A stretch of DNA of 64,000 nt, taken from positions 38,504,001 to 38,568,000 of the forward strand of contig CM052817.1 of assembly GCA_028534125.1 (NCBI GenBank), written 5' to 3'. Below the pieces are notes generated by a model. The model did no database searches. It saw only the letters and a list, made by a program, of their open reading frames with translations, and was not told the origin of the DNA. How positions within the stretch are numbered: the stretch's first letter is position 1; each line of letters begins with the position of its first letter. The stretch is from Lama glama. Its lineage: Eukaryota. The position numbers and the translations under genes were made by a program. Of this stretch, positions 24,897-37,690 are shown in pieces.

Positions 24897-26300
24897 GAGA
24901 AAGCCCCGAAATAAACCCACACACCTACAATCAATTAATCTTCAACAAAGGAGGCAAGACTATACATTGGAGAAAGACAGTCTCTTCAACAAGTGGTGTT
25001 GGGAAAGCTGGACAGCCACAAGTAAATTAATAAAGTTACACCTCACACCATACACAAAAATAAACTCAAAATGACTTAAAGACTTAAACGTAAGACGAAA
25101 CACTATAAACCTAAAAGAAAACACAGGCAAAATAGTCTCTGACATAAATCTTAGCAATGTTCTCCTAGGGCAGTCAATAGAAATAAAAGCAAAAATAAAC
25201 AAATGGGACATAATTAAACTTATAAGCTTTTGCACAGCAAACCTATAAACAAAACAAAAGGACAGCTTACAGAATGGGAAAAATATTTGCAAATGATGTG
25301 ACTGACAGGGCTTAATTTCCAGAATATACCAACAGCTCATATGGCTTAATAACAAAAAACAAACAACCCAATCCAAAAAATGGGCAGAAGACCTAAACAA
25401 GCAATTCTCCAAGGAAGACATACAAACGGCCAACAGGTATATGAAAAAATCCTCAATATCACTAATTATCAGAGAAATGCAAATCAAAACTACAATGAGG
25501 TATCACCTCACACCAGTCAGAATGGCCATCATTGAAGAGTCCACAAATGATAAATGCTGGAGAGGCTGTGGAGAAAAGGAAACCCTCCTACACTGCTGGT
25601 GGGAGTGGAGTTTGGTGCAGCCATTATGGAGAACAGTATGGAGATTCCTCAAAAGACTAAAAACAGATTTGCCATATGATCCAGCAATCCCACTCCTGGG
25701 CATATATCCAGAGGCAACTCTAATTCGAAAAGATACATGCACGCCAATGTTCATAGCAGCACTATTTACAATAGCCAAGACATGGAAGCAACCTAAATGT
25801 CCTTTGACAGATGATTGGATAAAGAAGTTGTGGTATATTTATACAATGGAATGGTACTCAGCCATAAAAAAAGAATAAAACAATGCCATTTAGAGCAACG
25901 TGGATGAACCTGGAGATTGTCATACTAAGTGAAGTAAGCCAGAAAGAGAAAGAAAAATACCGTATGATATTACTTATATGTGGAATCTAAAAAAAAGGAC
26001 GCAAATGAACTTATTTATAAAACAGAAACAGACTCACAGACATAGAAAACAAATTTATGGTTACCAAGGCAGTATGGGGAGGTTGAGGGATAAACTGGGA
26101 GTCCGGGATTTGCAGATACTAACTACTATATATAAAAGAGATAAACAACAAGGTTCTAATGTATAACACAGGGAACTATATTCAATATCTTATGATAACC
26201 TATAATGAAAAAGAATATGAAAAGGAATATAATATATATATGTATAACTGAAACATTATGCTGCACAGCAGAAACTAGCACAACAGTGTAAATCACAGCT
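24897..26300 (+). mobile_element. LINE-1 3' portion (ORF2 C-terminus + 3' UTR)
   Basis: ORFs 24862 ([27 protein letters not shown]) and 25441-25878 (L1 ORF2 cysteine-rich C-terminus to YSAIKK). Confidence 0.97.
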
Positions 26301-26696
26301 ATTGGCAGTAACATTGTGTATCACATGAGAAAATAAACTACCTTTTTCTACCTCTTTCATCATCACAACTTTAGCATCTGCTGTCAGACTGAGACATTCA
26401 ATGTCGTGATTTGCAAAACAGCAATGTATAGAATGAGAAATTGGAATGCAGAAGAAAATCAAAGAACAGGGAAACCAATAGGTAGTTTCCTAATAGTATT
26501 TAACCTATTCAAGCCCAATTTTGACTGTATTGTCACAGATCAGGGCTACAGTTCTACTGGCCTTTGTAGTTTTAGGACACTTTTTAATACGTCACTCACA
26601 ACAATTCTCTGATGCAAACCAGATAGACACTATTCTTTCTTGGCAAAAAAAAATTTTTTTTAATTTAAAAACTAAACTAAATCTTAAGCATGCCAT

Positions 26697-26753
26697 GGTT
26701 TAAGGTAAAGCCATCTGTCACAACTAGGTTTAAGGTAAAGCCATTTGTCACAA
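26697..26753. repeat. 30-bp tandem duplication
   Basis: ggtttaaggtaaagccat(c/t)tgtcacaa occurs twice, period 30. Confidence 0.95.
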
Positions 26754-26870
26754 TCCTACAGATCAGAAGCAGAGGGCTTAAAAACCCCACCTTCCTTCTA
26801 ATTCCTTGTTATATTCTGTAATCCATGCTTGCATATAGCTGGCAAATTACAGTGGAGTTATTTCTCTCAG

Positions 26871-27333
26871 TAAAAACTCAGTGCAGACTTGACGATGCCC
26901 TTCCTGATCATCCAGAGAAGGATGAATTAGAATTCCTTACTCCCCTCACTTGAACAATGAGCTAGCCCCATTGCTTTTCATTCCCATCCTCAAAAGAATT
27001 TACAGGATGAAAGACATATCTACATTAATGAAAAAGATGGATGAAAACTAGATTTTTTTTTCACATTCTAGTGCCACACAAACGTTGCCAGTCTCAAATT
27101 CTCTGTAAAGGTTTGACGGTGGAATTAAAAACATTTCAATGGTGAACAGTAATCAGAGCCTCCTGACTGCCCCCCTCTCTCACCCTAAATAACTTATCTA
27201 ACTCACGAAAACTGTTACAAAGACAAACAAGCCAAAGAAGCTGGAGTAACACTAAAAATTACAGTAAGATAAGACTGAGCTCTTGACTGTCAGGACCTCT
27301 TACAGCTGTGATCAAGTACGTGTGTGTGGAAAG

Positions 27334-27365
<32 letters not shown>

Positions 27366-27700
27366 AGAGCCAGTAACCTGACTATATTCTGTTTACCCAT
27401 CAAGTCCCATCAGGCCAGTTCGTTAGTTACCTTGGCTCTAGGGAACTCAGAAGACAAGGAGCTAGACGCTTCCAAATGATGTTGTCTGAAACTTTCCAGT
27501 TGTTCCTTTTGCTAATGCACATTCAATCAAAAACCCTTTCCCCTACTCATATTTCAGAAATAACATGTAGTAGGAAAAAAAAATCCCTCAGGAAGCTAAC
27601 TCCTCTAACAGGAATACAAAATGTACACACTGAGAACATCCAGTTTTCACGTAGTTCACTTCTATTGGACAGTTAGGATTCTTCTACGTTTCCCCATTTA
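26871..27700 (+). pseudogene. Decayed DUF3504 exon, unit 8
   Basis: Acceptor tttctctcag| at 26870. QDERHIYI..KLDFFF (27003), DG...SMVN (27115), NSRKLLQ, KEAG...ALDCQDLLQL (27225-27310), TLALGN (27429), PLLIFQK*. Confidence 0.6.
27320..27365. repeat. (TG)n/(CA)n microsatellite
   Basis: Directly visible. Confidence 0.9.
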
Positions 27701-27739
27701 TTTCTTCCTCTCCTTCAACTACTGACAATCTGACAATCT

Positions 27740-28440
27740 TCCTCCATCTCTATCATTACCTCATGGTTATCTGAAAAGATCACAGTTAATCTGCAAAAAT
27801 CTTTTGACTAAATCCATGCTGACTGTGCTTCGTCCTTAGAGAATTGGCTTCACAAAGATGCTCTTGCCATTGAACATGAACTATAGACTAAAGGCTCTTA
27901 TTCATAACTGAGGCTGACGCTTCATACAACCTCTCAGCGTAACATTCACTTCAAACCCACAGTAACAAAAATGAAGGTCACGTACTTAAGTTTATCTGCA
28001 GCTCACTCACCTGAACATAATTGTGACATTTGGATCACTGAAATGTTATTTTTCAGAGGGCAAAAATAATACAAGATCTTCATTTTCACTGATCCTTATA
28101 ATAAAAACTACCAGAGACAGAAGAAAATCATTATACCAAAGTCATCGAGCAACAGATATCTAGTCAAAACACAACACACATACTGTAAAGCCAGCTTATC
28201 TCTCCTAAGAAAGTCATATAGCCTCAGAATATTGTTTGGTAAGAAACATTCACAGCTTTTCCATAAAATAATTAGTACAAACCTTTACCGAAAGAAAAGA
28301 CTAGGATTTTATTTGTATCAACTTTTGTGGCTTGCCTAAACTGTTGCTATTTACTTCTGACATAACGATAAATGAAAAAATTGCATCTGGATACTCACAG
28401 CAGAGAGCTCAGTTCTGGCCCCTAACATCAGACGCCGCTG
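27740..28440 (+). pseudogene. Decayed Crypton/KCTD1-like YR exon, unit 9
   Basis: HSPEHNCDIWITEMLFFRGQK*..FTDPYNKNY (28004-28110; cf. KCTD1 TPFGLLNKVWFETCMYFCTRGREN), YCKASL, N*YKPLP, ASGYS. Confidence 0.65.
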
Positions 28441-28490
28441 CTGCAGACTGAATGCTACTGTTGGGAGGTGCTTTTATTTTCCTAACAAAG

Positions 28491-28507
28491 TAGCACCCTC
28501 TAGTGGC
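28491..28507 (-). promoter_or_regulatory. Candidate CTCF binding motif
   Basis: Reverse complement GCCACTAGAGGGTGCTA differs at one position from the CCACYAGRKGGCGC core. Confidence 0.5.
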
Positions 28508-28579
28508 TTTTCAAAATAATTAAGAAGTACATGCCAAGCATGTGACATAATTTGTTTACTATCCAATTACACAATGTCA

Positions 28580-29340
28580 GAACACTCAGGTGAGAACAAA
28601 AGCTCGCTCTAAGCATTATAGGAAGCAAGTTCCAAACTCATTCCAAGTTTTCTCTAGGGATAATGGAAGGAAAAGATGTTTAAGCATCATTCCTATTGCA
28701 CGTATACAGTGTATCTTTGAGAAAAATATATCTTTCCCTGGTAATAGTTTATTGTTATTCTATTATTATTATTATCACTTATGGTATTACTAGTGTCATC
28801 ACTGCTATTAATATTAATAGAAAAACTACCACTCACTGAGCATTTACTCTATTCCAGAAAATGTATTTATTGTTTTACATGTTTCACCTTATTTAAAACT
28901 CTAGTACAAACTCACAGGATAAGATTTATCCTCATCCTGTGTTATGGATGAAAATACTGAGGCTCATAAAGGTAATGTAAGTTGTCCAAGGTCAAATACC
29001 AAAGAAGAGGTAAAGAAAAACTGAGATTCAAACCCATCTTTATATGTCTGCAAAGACTCTTAGAAATGTGATTTCAACACGCAAAATTACTAGTAGCTTT
29101 CACCATGTATCCATAATCATGAAAGTGTAAATCCAAAGGAATTATTCAATAATGTAATAAAAAATTAAAAATTTTTATAGTCTTTTAATTCTATGTTAGA
29201 AATACAATCATTTTCCACAGTAAATAAGTCATATACCAGTTCTTGGATGGCAAAGCAACAGTCTGTAGAGGGTCAGTTTAGTTCTCATATTTTACCATAT
29301 GCCTTATAAGAGTACAACACTTGCTCAGTCATGATATTTT
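28580..29340 (+). pseudogene. Decayed DUF3504 exon, unit 10 (interrupted by MIR)
   Basis: ORF 28590 RSKHYRKQVPNSFQVFSRDNGRKRCLSIIPIARIQCIFEK, versus recalled SPNTTKATRYALNVW...NGLKD..ITKIPAVKLNELLEN. Confidence 0.55.
28820..29060 (-). mobile_element. MIR
   Basis: cactgagcatttactct...atgaaaatactgaggctca...gtccaaggtca...gagattcaaaccca. Confidence 0.8.
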
Positions 29341-29687
29341 ATGAAATCAAAAGAGATATATTCATTCAGTTAGTCATTCAACAAACAATTATTGAATGCT
29401 TCTAGCATTACCTCTAGTTCTGACAGTCAATGAATGAAGATATTTTCACTAAGCAAGTTGCTGTATGAATATCAAGAATTATCAGGCAAGTAAGACCCCT
29501 AAACTAATCATTTTTTCATGGCTTTGGGATTTATACATTCTATCTTGAAGCCATGTGTTTGATTCACAGGAGATAAAACTTTTTCATATTTACATAAGGC
29601 TTGAAGAAACCCAGAGAAGCAAACAGGGAAAGATGTTTAGTAAGCATCTATTAAGTTCTTGTTAGTCTTGCCCTTCACATACATCAG

Positions 29688-30119
29688 TGTGGCAGAAACT
29701 GCTAACTGTTCATCGAATCTATTTCCTTTTCTTCTTAAGCACACAGCTGACTATATTTCTAACCTACCCTGTACTTGGGTGTGACCATGCAAGCAGATTC
29801 TAACCATTGGAGAATGAGCAGAAGCATTGGGTGGCACTTCTGTGCCTAGCCCATGAAAACCTCCCTCTCGAGATCCTCCATGCTCCTTTGCCCTCCTGGA
29901 TGACTGGAATAGAGAACAGTTCCCAGGCAACCTGCACACCATGTATTGTGGATAGCAGAGCCACAGAATGGAAGGGAAGAGTCAGGTCCCCGAGTCTTGC
30001 TTGGAGAAGAAAACATCTGACAATCAGGACCATGCATGTTGCAGTTTAGGTGAGTGAGAAATAAACTTCAATAAACTTTGAGTCATTATGCAATCTTGCA
30101 TTTGATTATTAGTTACAAC
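29688..30119 (+). mobile_element. MaLR LTR (MLT1J-like), 3' tip missing
   Basis: tgtggcagaaactgctaa...gtgtgaccatg...gatagcagagccaca...gtgagtgagaaataaactt. Confidence 0.75.
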
Positions 30120-30327
30120 AGATACTGACAGGCATAAGTAGAATAGATAAACAAGATTATACTGTACAGCACAGGGAAATATATACAAGATCTTGTGTCA
30201 GCTCACAGCGAAAAGAATGTGACAAAGAATATATGTATGTTCACGTATAACTGAAAAGTTGTGCTCTACACTGGAAATTGACACAACATTGTAAAATGAC
30301 TATAACTCAATTAAAAATGTAAAAAAA
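30120..30327 (+). mobile_element. LINE-1 3' UTR terminus
   Basis: Near-identical to 14303-14510. Confidence 0.92.
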
Positions 30328-30686
30328 GTTATGTTTATATTATACTGTAACCTATTAAATGTGCAATAGCATTATATCTACAAAACAATGTACACACCTT
30401 AATTTTAAAACACTTCATTTCAAAACATGCTATCATGAGACTTCAGTGAGTCCTAGCAGTAAAATCAAAGATCACTGATCACAGATCACCGTAACTAACA
30501 TAATAACAATGATGAAAAAGCTTGACATATTTTGAGAATTACCAAAATGTAACACAGAGACACAAAGTGAGCAAATGCTATTGGAAAAGCAGTGCTGAGA
30601 GCCTTGATCAACACAGGGTTGCCACAAATCCTCAATTTGTAAAAAAGTGCAATAAAGTGAAGCATAGTAAACTGAGGTATGCCTGT
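30328..30686 (-). mobile_element. Tigger1-derived non-autonomous element, one end missing
   Basis: Ends in gaggtatgcctg|ta (Tigger1 TIR + TA); homologous to 58300-58747. Confidence 0.88.
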
Positions 30687-30899
30687 AACGGCAAAACCAC
30701 ATGATGGCTCTTAAATGTTACTTCCAATCATGTTCCATCAGCCTAGCAAGTCAGTTGACCAAATCTGGTATCAATGGGGTCAGGAAGTATAACCTTCAAA
30801 TAGGAAAGGGGAAAAATAATTGACCAAAAGAATATATTTGATATTCTCCCTCACTCTTAGAAACTAAATGTTAAAAGAATGTTATGAGAAAGCTATGAC

Positions 30900-31750
30900 A
30901 AAGTTAAAAGGAAATAAATTGTAACCAAATAATGAAAAAGAGTAAAAGAACCAAAATATCAGTGAGAAGACATAGTTTCCTTGGTCACCACACCAAAAAA
31001 AAAAATGTAATAAGGCTAAGAATTCAATTAAAAGATATGACCTGAATCCAACTAGCAGCTTTGAACAGAAATTAGATTTCTGAATCATTTCAATGAGTAG
31101 CTTAACCACACATGGACACACACACACACACCCACACACATGCACACATATTTAGATATTTTAAACTGTAAGTTGTAGAATGGCTCATGTCAACACAGAG
31201 AATATATTACTAAGTACACAGAACAAGCAAGCTAAAGACATCATTGCCAATTAATAGAAAACCAATTTTAAAAGAAATATGGGTGAGGGTGAGGACAATG
31301 ATTGGAAAAAACTGCACCACTTTGCTTATAAAGGCACAGAAAAAGAAGTCATGGTTCGGTTCTGGCAGGTGAAACTCCCTATTCATTTCTTTATCTCATA
31401 GTTCTACCTATATTTTTAAAGGAAATTACTTTTTAAAAATATGACCAATCTATCTCAAGTTTAGTATCTTATTAGTGTGTTAAATCAGACATATCGATCC
31501 AAATCTTTCATCTCAAATATTTGCAGGCGATAATGGTCACACAAAATGCATTGTCTAATTCGGATTAACTCTCTTTTGTTGCCTTATAAAGGAAACTGGT
31601 CTGAGCATCTCTATCTTCTCTGAAATCATTTTGTATATTCTAGCCTCACTGAGTATTTGATAAGTGGATGAGTGTATGAATGAAATGGAAATTCCCTGCT
31701 TCCCAACATAGTACTTACATATTTCATAGATATTCTACAGTAAGACTCAG
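30900..31750 (+). pseudogene. Decayed DUF3504 exon, unit 11
   Basis: SVLAGETPYSFLYLIV (31356), SQIFAGDNGHTKCIV (31511; cf. KIYHEHSRGHKQCP), GNSLLPNIV. Confidence 0.5.
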
Positions 31751-32239
31751 TACTATGTTAATCTTTGGAACCCAGCAAAGAAAGCCAAGATGAAATAACA
31801 GTGAACCAGAACTAAATATCAGATTGTAGTAAGTGGGAAGATAATAAATAAATCACCAACAGAAAAGACAAAATAGTCAAATTCAGCAATCATTTACAGA
31901 GCACCTATGGCATAAGTGCAATTATATTTTGGTGTTGGTATTCACCATTAGATTGAAGCTCTATGAGAACAAGACCCATATCTGTTTTAGGTGGCATATC
32001 CTTAAGGCACTCAGCACAGCAGCTACTACAAAAAGAGCTCAGTAAGCACTCAGCAGGATCAGAATGTAAGAATGGTCCTATGATTGATAATTTCACATAA
32101 TCTTCAAAACACCCTGGAGTTGGGTTTATTGATCTCAGTTTTACAATGAGGAAACTCAGGCTGTAGAGGTAAGTTGCCCAAGTTCTCTTAACTACTAGGA
32201 AGCGGAATCAGTGTGAAAAAATAGTGGGTAAATACATAT

Positions 32240-32620
32240 TCTGTCAGAAGTAAGTGTTTGATAACTCAGTGAAAGCTGTATCACTGGACTGGTTAAGTCA
32301 GAGGGTGAGATAAAAGACAGAAAATAGGGAAGTTATTTCTATAAAATGGAGCCAGATATTCAGTGGACTTTTCAATAATAAACAAAAATGACAGGAAATA
32401 GAATGAGCAGCAAGAGGGATTACAAATATTTTATCGGAACTAAGAATGTATTATCAATAAAGGCAGCAGACACAGGTCCTGATAATCCCAGAAATTTGGG
32501 AAATAAAAAAAATTTCTTTATAGAAACGTGGACTTTATAATTAAATCTATTTCTTTAGCCTACAGAGGAACTGCATGTATCAGAAATGTCACATGTCTGC
32601 CACATTAATACTTAGGTATT
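32240..32620 (+). pseudogene. Decayed DUF3504 exon, unit 12 (internally deleted)
   Basis: SVKA..DWLSQR, ENREVISI..FNNKQK*QEIE..RGITNILSELR (32320-32445), GPDNPRNLGNK..FFI (32475), YRG. Confidence 0.6.
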
Positions 32621-32659
32621 AGGACCTAAGAGCTGACTTAATCTAACTTGTACTTAGTA

Positions 32660-33200
32660 TTCCACGTTAACGTTGTACTATAGTTTAATATTCAGCCATT
32701 CCCTAGATTAAAGTAATTTTGAAATTATTGGTGTCACAGGCAAGGCTGTAATAAGCAACCTTGTTATGTCTCCTTGAACATTAGGGTAGCTAACAAAAAA
32801 GTATAATTGCTGTGTAACAAGCAGTAAGCAAATGTGACAGATACTGTGAGATTATCCTTCAAGTGTTACTCTCATCAGTGGACGAGTATATCCATTTCAC
32901 TAACTCTCCAGCAATACTTGATGTTGTTTATGATAATGTTTTAACTGAAAAATATTTTCTTATTGTTTTGATTTGCATTTTCTTAATTATCAGTGAGGCT
33001 AAACATCTTTTTGTAAGTTTTTGGTAATTGTTTCTACTGTGAATTATCTATATAGTCCCATTTTTTTCTATTAAAAATTATTTTCAAAAATATAATCTGG
33101 TTATTATTTTAATCCTTTGGATCTTACATCTGTTTCAAAAACATTTTCCAAATTTGTTACCAGTTAAAAATTTTTTTCAAATGGTGTTTTATTTTGTATA
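32660..33200 (-). mobile_element. Old LINE-1 (L1ME-like) fragment
   Basis: Antisense ttgttttgatttgcattttcttaattatcagtgaggctaaacatctttt. Confidence 0.65.
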
Positions 33201-33329
33201 TAGTGTTTCTATATTGTTTCAATACAGGAATGAAAAATTTTGATAAATTATATTACTGGTTCCAAACTACTCTGTGGAAGCAAATAATACATAGATTCTA
33301 TAGATTAAAAGTTTTTAGATTAAAAAAAA

Positions 33330-34500
33330 AAGGAAATGTCACAGGTACAAACCAACCGCAACACACGATACAATGGTAAGATGAAGGTCCTTGGTTCCCA
33401 TGTGTCTAGAGTCCTTGGTTTTCTCATTGTATTGACATTTCTCTGGTTGGTGTGTACCTTACTGAGATATATTAGGATAAGAGCTTAATAATTTCCTCAA
33501 AATTATAACAAGATAAATAAAATGAAAAAATAAAGAAGAGAAAAAATCAAACATTTGCCTTGTCTTTGCTATACAAACTACTTCCTAGAATATAGAAATA
33601 ATCCATAAAAAATGTTTTTATGGATAAATTCTAGCCAATAAATAGAGATGGGATGATATGATTAGAGTATAACCCTTTTGCAACCCTAATGAAATAATGA
33701 CCCTAGGCAACCATCATCAGTGGCTGCTGAAACAATTAGATAAAGGGCTGTTGGGGAAATTATGACAGTAGATCAGCTGACAATATCTGAACCCACTGGT
33801 CAATCTTATCACAGTAAGAGATAACAAGACATTATGAGGCTCCTGGTGTGATTCAATAAGAAATACATTGTACCCGTGATGAAGTGTTCTTGCAACAAAA
33901 GCAAACGTGAATTTGCTCAAGCTTCCCTACCCACCTGCCCTTTCATGGAAAATTCAGGAAACGAGAGGAACATGGTAAATGACACATCCTGGAATGCAAT
34001 CTGCTAAAACCAGGATGTAGGAAATTCTAAAAGCAAGTGACCTGTTTTCTTCAACAAATAAATGGCAAGGAGAAAAAAGAAAACATAGAACTGTTATTAA
34101 AGAGCCTTATTGTTCTCTTTAAATGCTTTGTATGTGCGCTTAATACAGACCTTGTTTGGGACCTGATTCAAATACCAACTATCAACAGAAATTTAAGTAA
34201 TAATCAGGGAAATTTGGATATTGAGTGAATATTTGGTGATATTAAGAAATGACTGTTAATTCTTGGGGGGGTGAAATGATGTTACAAATAGTCCTTATTC
34301 TTTACAACACATACTGAATTTTAGCAGATAAAATAATAGGCTATTTGAGGTTTGCTTCAACATAATCCACTGGGATGGGGGGGAGAATAAAAAGATTATA
34401 GTTGAGATAAAATTGGCCGTATGTTGATAATTGTTGAAGCCAGCTGATGGATCTTTATACTATTCTCTCTTCTGTTTTTATTTCAAATTTTCCATAATGA
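33330..34500 (+). mobile_element. Old LINE-1 3' UTR (L1MC-like)
   Basis: aaattctagccaataaat...ttttgcaaccctaatgaaataatg...catcagtggctgct...gatattaagaaat...tgttgataattgttgaagc. Confidence 0.7.
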
Positions 34501-35429
34501 ATGATAAAGAGAAGTTACCGAATAACGTTTATGGAGAACTTGATATCTCTGTAACATAAAATAAACTTTCAAGGCATTGTGAGGAGTGAGGTGTAGCACT
34601 GCAGTAACCAGTTGAGTCCCCACTCCTAGAAATCTAGACTTAGTCTCATGCACAATATGGCTGAAAGAACAAAAGAAGATTTCTTTCTGGGGTATTTCTG
34701 GGGTAATATTTTATAACATTATTAAAGTCCCTCTTGTCTCTGATACACTGGCTGATTCTGGTCTCATGAAAACCTTCTTCACTTCAACCTCCACCTTTCC
34801 TATACCTCTGTCTCTTGGCTATCATACTGGTCTCCCTTTTGGCAAGAATATTTGGAATATCTATGTCACAGAATCGGTGCTTCAGGTCACATGCCCAAAT
34901 TTGGATGTTCACTGCCTGGACCTATCTAACCTGCCTAAATATTGCTCACTTCTGAGACCCTCCAAATTTAACCTGCCCACCTGGAGTCAGGATCGCTTAT
35001 TTTTTTTCTTACTCCTGCTATTTGCCTAATTCTGTAATCTTGCCTGTTAATCTTTATCCCTAATGATTTTTAATGTTCAGCTTTTTTCTAAGATCTATTA
35101 ACAACACATCCTCTCACCTAAATGACCTTTTTGAAATACTGAGCAGAACTACAGACAGCTTCTACCTTTTGGAACAAAAAAAAAAGCAAATAAAAAGGCA
35201 AGACATTCTGATCACCTTTGCTATTTGTCTCACAGCTGAAAAACCTACCACTTGTGCTGGGTTGGGAGTGGAGAGGCAGCCACTCTTCCTGCCACAAACC
35301 CATGACCTGCTGTCACCCATAATCCTGCACAACAGTATAAAACTAAAACACTAAATCCATAGCAACAACCTTAGTGCCATCCAGACTTGTGGGAAGCTCT
35401 AGGAAACATGTGTTGGGGGTGGTTATGAT

Positions 35430-36000
35430 GATTCACTACAAACTTGGCAGTGTTTCATCACTGCTCACCCTAGCTCAATTCTTCTGCACATAGTTTCCAG
35501 TATCTTCAAGAGAATCAATACAAATAAAAAGATACCTCCAATAATGTTAGCTTCTGTTTTTTCAAAAATGTTTATTTCAGCATGGCTGGTGATGTGCTTT
35601 AATTGAAAAGTCCTTTTTTTATTCTTTAGGGAAAAGCGACAGTGCACCTGTTCACATTCTTCATCTACAGTAGAGAGGATGGGTGAGAAATGGTCCATCA
35701 GACTGGCAGCTAGGGACAGGCAGGACTTCCTTTTGTGCAGCCCTCAGACAGAAACAGTTTTTTGACTTGGCAAATGCCTGAATGCTGCAGGCAGCCTTTG
35801 GGAGACTAGTAATCCAGATATCAAGGGTTAGGTCACATGGTATGCAGTACCATTAAAAAAGGAAATCATAGAAAATTGGTTGTTTTGAGTAGAGTATTAT
35901 GAAAATCTGGAGACACCTGCCACATTTAAGAATTCTTAGGCTGAGAATCAAATGGAGATGAAACTGAAGAGGTTACAAAGAAAAACCCTAAAATATATTC
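35430..36000 (+). pseudogene. Decayed DUF3504 exon, unit 13
   Basis: FITAHPS, KIPPIMLASVFSKMFISA (35529), LNAAGSL..SNP....VTWY (35778-35843). Confidence 0.55.
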
Positions 36001-36539
36001 TTCTGGTTATAACCAGAGTTATATCGAGAGGTGTTTTTTCTTACAAACTAGGATTGATAAGTTACTTTAGGAGAAAAATGTGACATTCTATATATATCAT
36101 TTATAAGCATATATTACATTTAAGTCTTCTGAAGTCAAGTCATAAAAATATAATCAGAAGTCAAAATATATTTTTACTTGCTCTTAATATATACCTTTAG
36201 AAAAGCATTAAACCACATTAGGAACTGCCTTTTAAAAATTAAAGCTGCCTTCTAAGACCCATTTAGAAATTGAGATTTGCTGTCAAACCTTAGAATCTAC
36301 AATTGCCTGATTCTGGAAGAATAATGTCTCATGAAACCTCGGCCAGAAAGTTAGAGAGAAACTTGGGATATGCCCTATACTGATAGTCAAGGGAGGAGGT
36401 CCTTAGCCCTGGCTCAAATATAAATTAACAGTAGACTAGACCAGCCAATTAGCATTTCTGAGCCTCAGTTTTGTTGCATATAAAATGAAGGATTTGTGTT
36501 TTCTGCTTCCAAAATGACTTGCATGACTTTATAAGTTAA

Positions 36540-36900
36540 AAACATTGTAAAACTTGAGAATTATAGTTTTAAAAAATTCAAAGCAGATGGTTGACCATCT
36601 AAAAAGATAAATGGGATTAGCTGTTACAGGATTTACAAAAGAAACTAATTGCTTGATTGGGACACTGTATTTGATTTCTTTTTTTAAAAAGTTTCCTGGT
36701 GAGGGTAAGTTTTAAAAGAAAAACAAATTTACCAGCAAAAGCAACCTTATTCCTGAGAATAAACTTAAACAGAAATTAATTCATCTTTGGACTATCACAG
36801 CCTGACTAACACTGTAAAACTGTGTCATTTCATCAATCACAACCTTATAAAAGGCACAGAAATGGCACTCACATGCAGGTTTCAATTATAGACTCTCCCA
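36540..36900 (+). pseudogene. Decayed DUF3504 exon, unit 14 (partial)
   Basis: LENYSFKKFKADG (36553; cf. LENFYVTVKKSDG), NKLKQKLIHL (36758). Confidence 0.5.
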
Positions 36901-36989
36901 ATAAAGACAGAGCAAAACATAAAAGGATACTAGGATGAGATACTGTGGCCTAGAAACGCTGTTCCCTGATGACTCCACCAAAGAATGGA

Positions 36990-37300
36990 AAAAACTTCTC
37001 AAATATCAGATGTCTTAAGAGAACTTTACTCAAAGCAGCTTGATGGTCAGCATAAATTGTTTTCTCTAACTGCATATGTATGGCATCTAGTCTGTGATAT
37101 TAGCTGAGGTTCACAATACATGCTTTAGATATCAGAGATAAAGGAGGTAAACTATTCACTACATTGCAAAAAAAAAAAGTACCAGCATATCTGGTATTTT
37201 GCCTTGATAGGAAGCTAACCCGCCTCTGTATGTACAGAGATAGACACCCTCAACCCAAATCGAGCTAATTGAGCAAGGAATCTGCACATGCTAATTGTAT
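36990..37300 (+). pseudogene. Decayed DUF3504 exon, unit 15 (partial)
   Basis: DVLRELYSKQLDGQHKLFSLTAY (37009), DIRDKEVNYS (37128; cf. ITRDKEFKRS). Confidence 0.55.
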
Positions 37301-37534
37301 AGTGCAGAAGAGCACTTATACAAACAACAATTTGTAGGAATCTTTTTATATTGCAGATATAACCTTTGATCTGTGATTTCCACTATTGCTCTTTCACATT
37401 ATTCATGCTTTGACTTCATTCCTGGTGTCTTTTATCATATTAAGTTATATTTATGTTTATATGGTGAATTATATTTGCCTTTTCCTTTATGCTCCTAAGT
37501 TTCCTATCTTGTTTTCAGCTGTGCTTCCTGTTTT

Positions 37535-37690
37535 CATTTCGTTTCGTTTTGTTTTGTTTTGTTTTTGTTTGGAGGAGGGTAGTTAGGTTGGTTGGTTGGT
37601 TGGTTGGTTTATTTATTTTTATTGGAGGTACTAGAGATTGAACCTAGGACTTTGTGCATGCTAGGCAGGCACTGAGCTATACCCTCCCCC
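37535..37690 (-). mobile_element. Vic-1-like SINE
   Basis: Reverse complement of ggggagggtatagctcagtg..cctagcatgcacaaagtcctaggttcaatc..agtacctcca, with a (TTGG)n-expanded tail. Confidence 0.9.

Larger units (their letters stand above)
24480..26810 (+). pseudogene. Decayed DUF3504 exon, unit 7 (split by L1 24897-26300)
   Basis: AKEEDSLTKFSPMANKGKPQFESHSLRAMEQYQRKLLR (from 24546) before the L1; FFNLK..PWFKVKP (26696) and GLKNPTFL after it. Confidence 0.6.

Noticed and set aside
25441..25878. 145-aa ORF (and similar ORFs at 5151, 13741, 63327) as genes
   Set aside because: They are L1 ORF2 C-terminal fragments or antisense L1 frames.
28005..28460. Minus-strand GTGAGT donors at ~28010 and ~28398 as host-gene exons
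   Set aside because: No matching acceptors or recognisable coding sequence.
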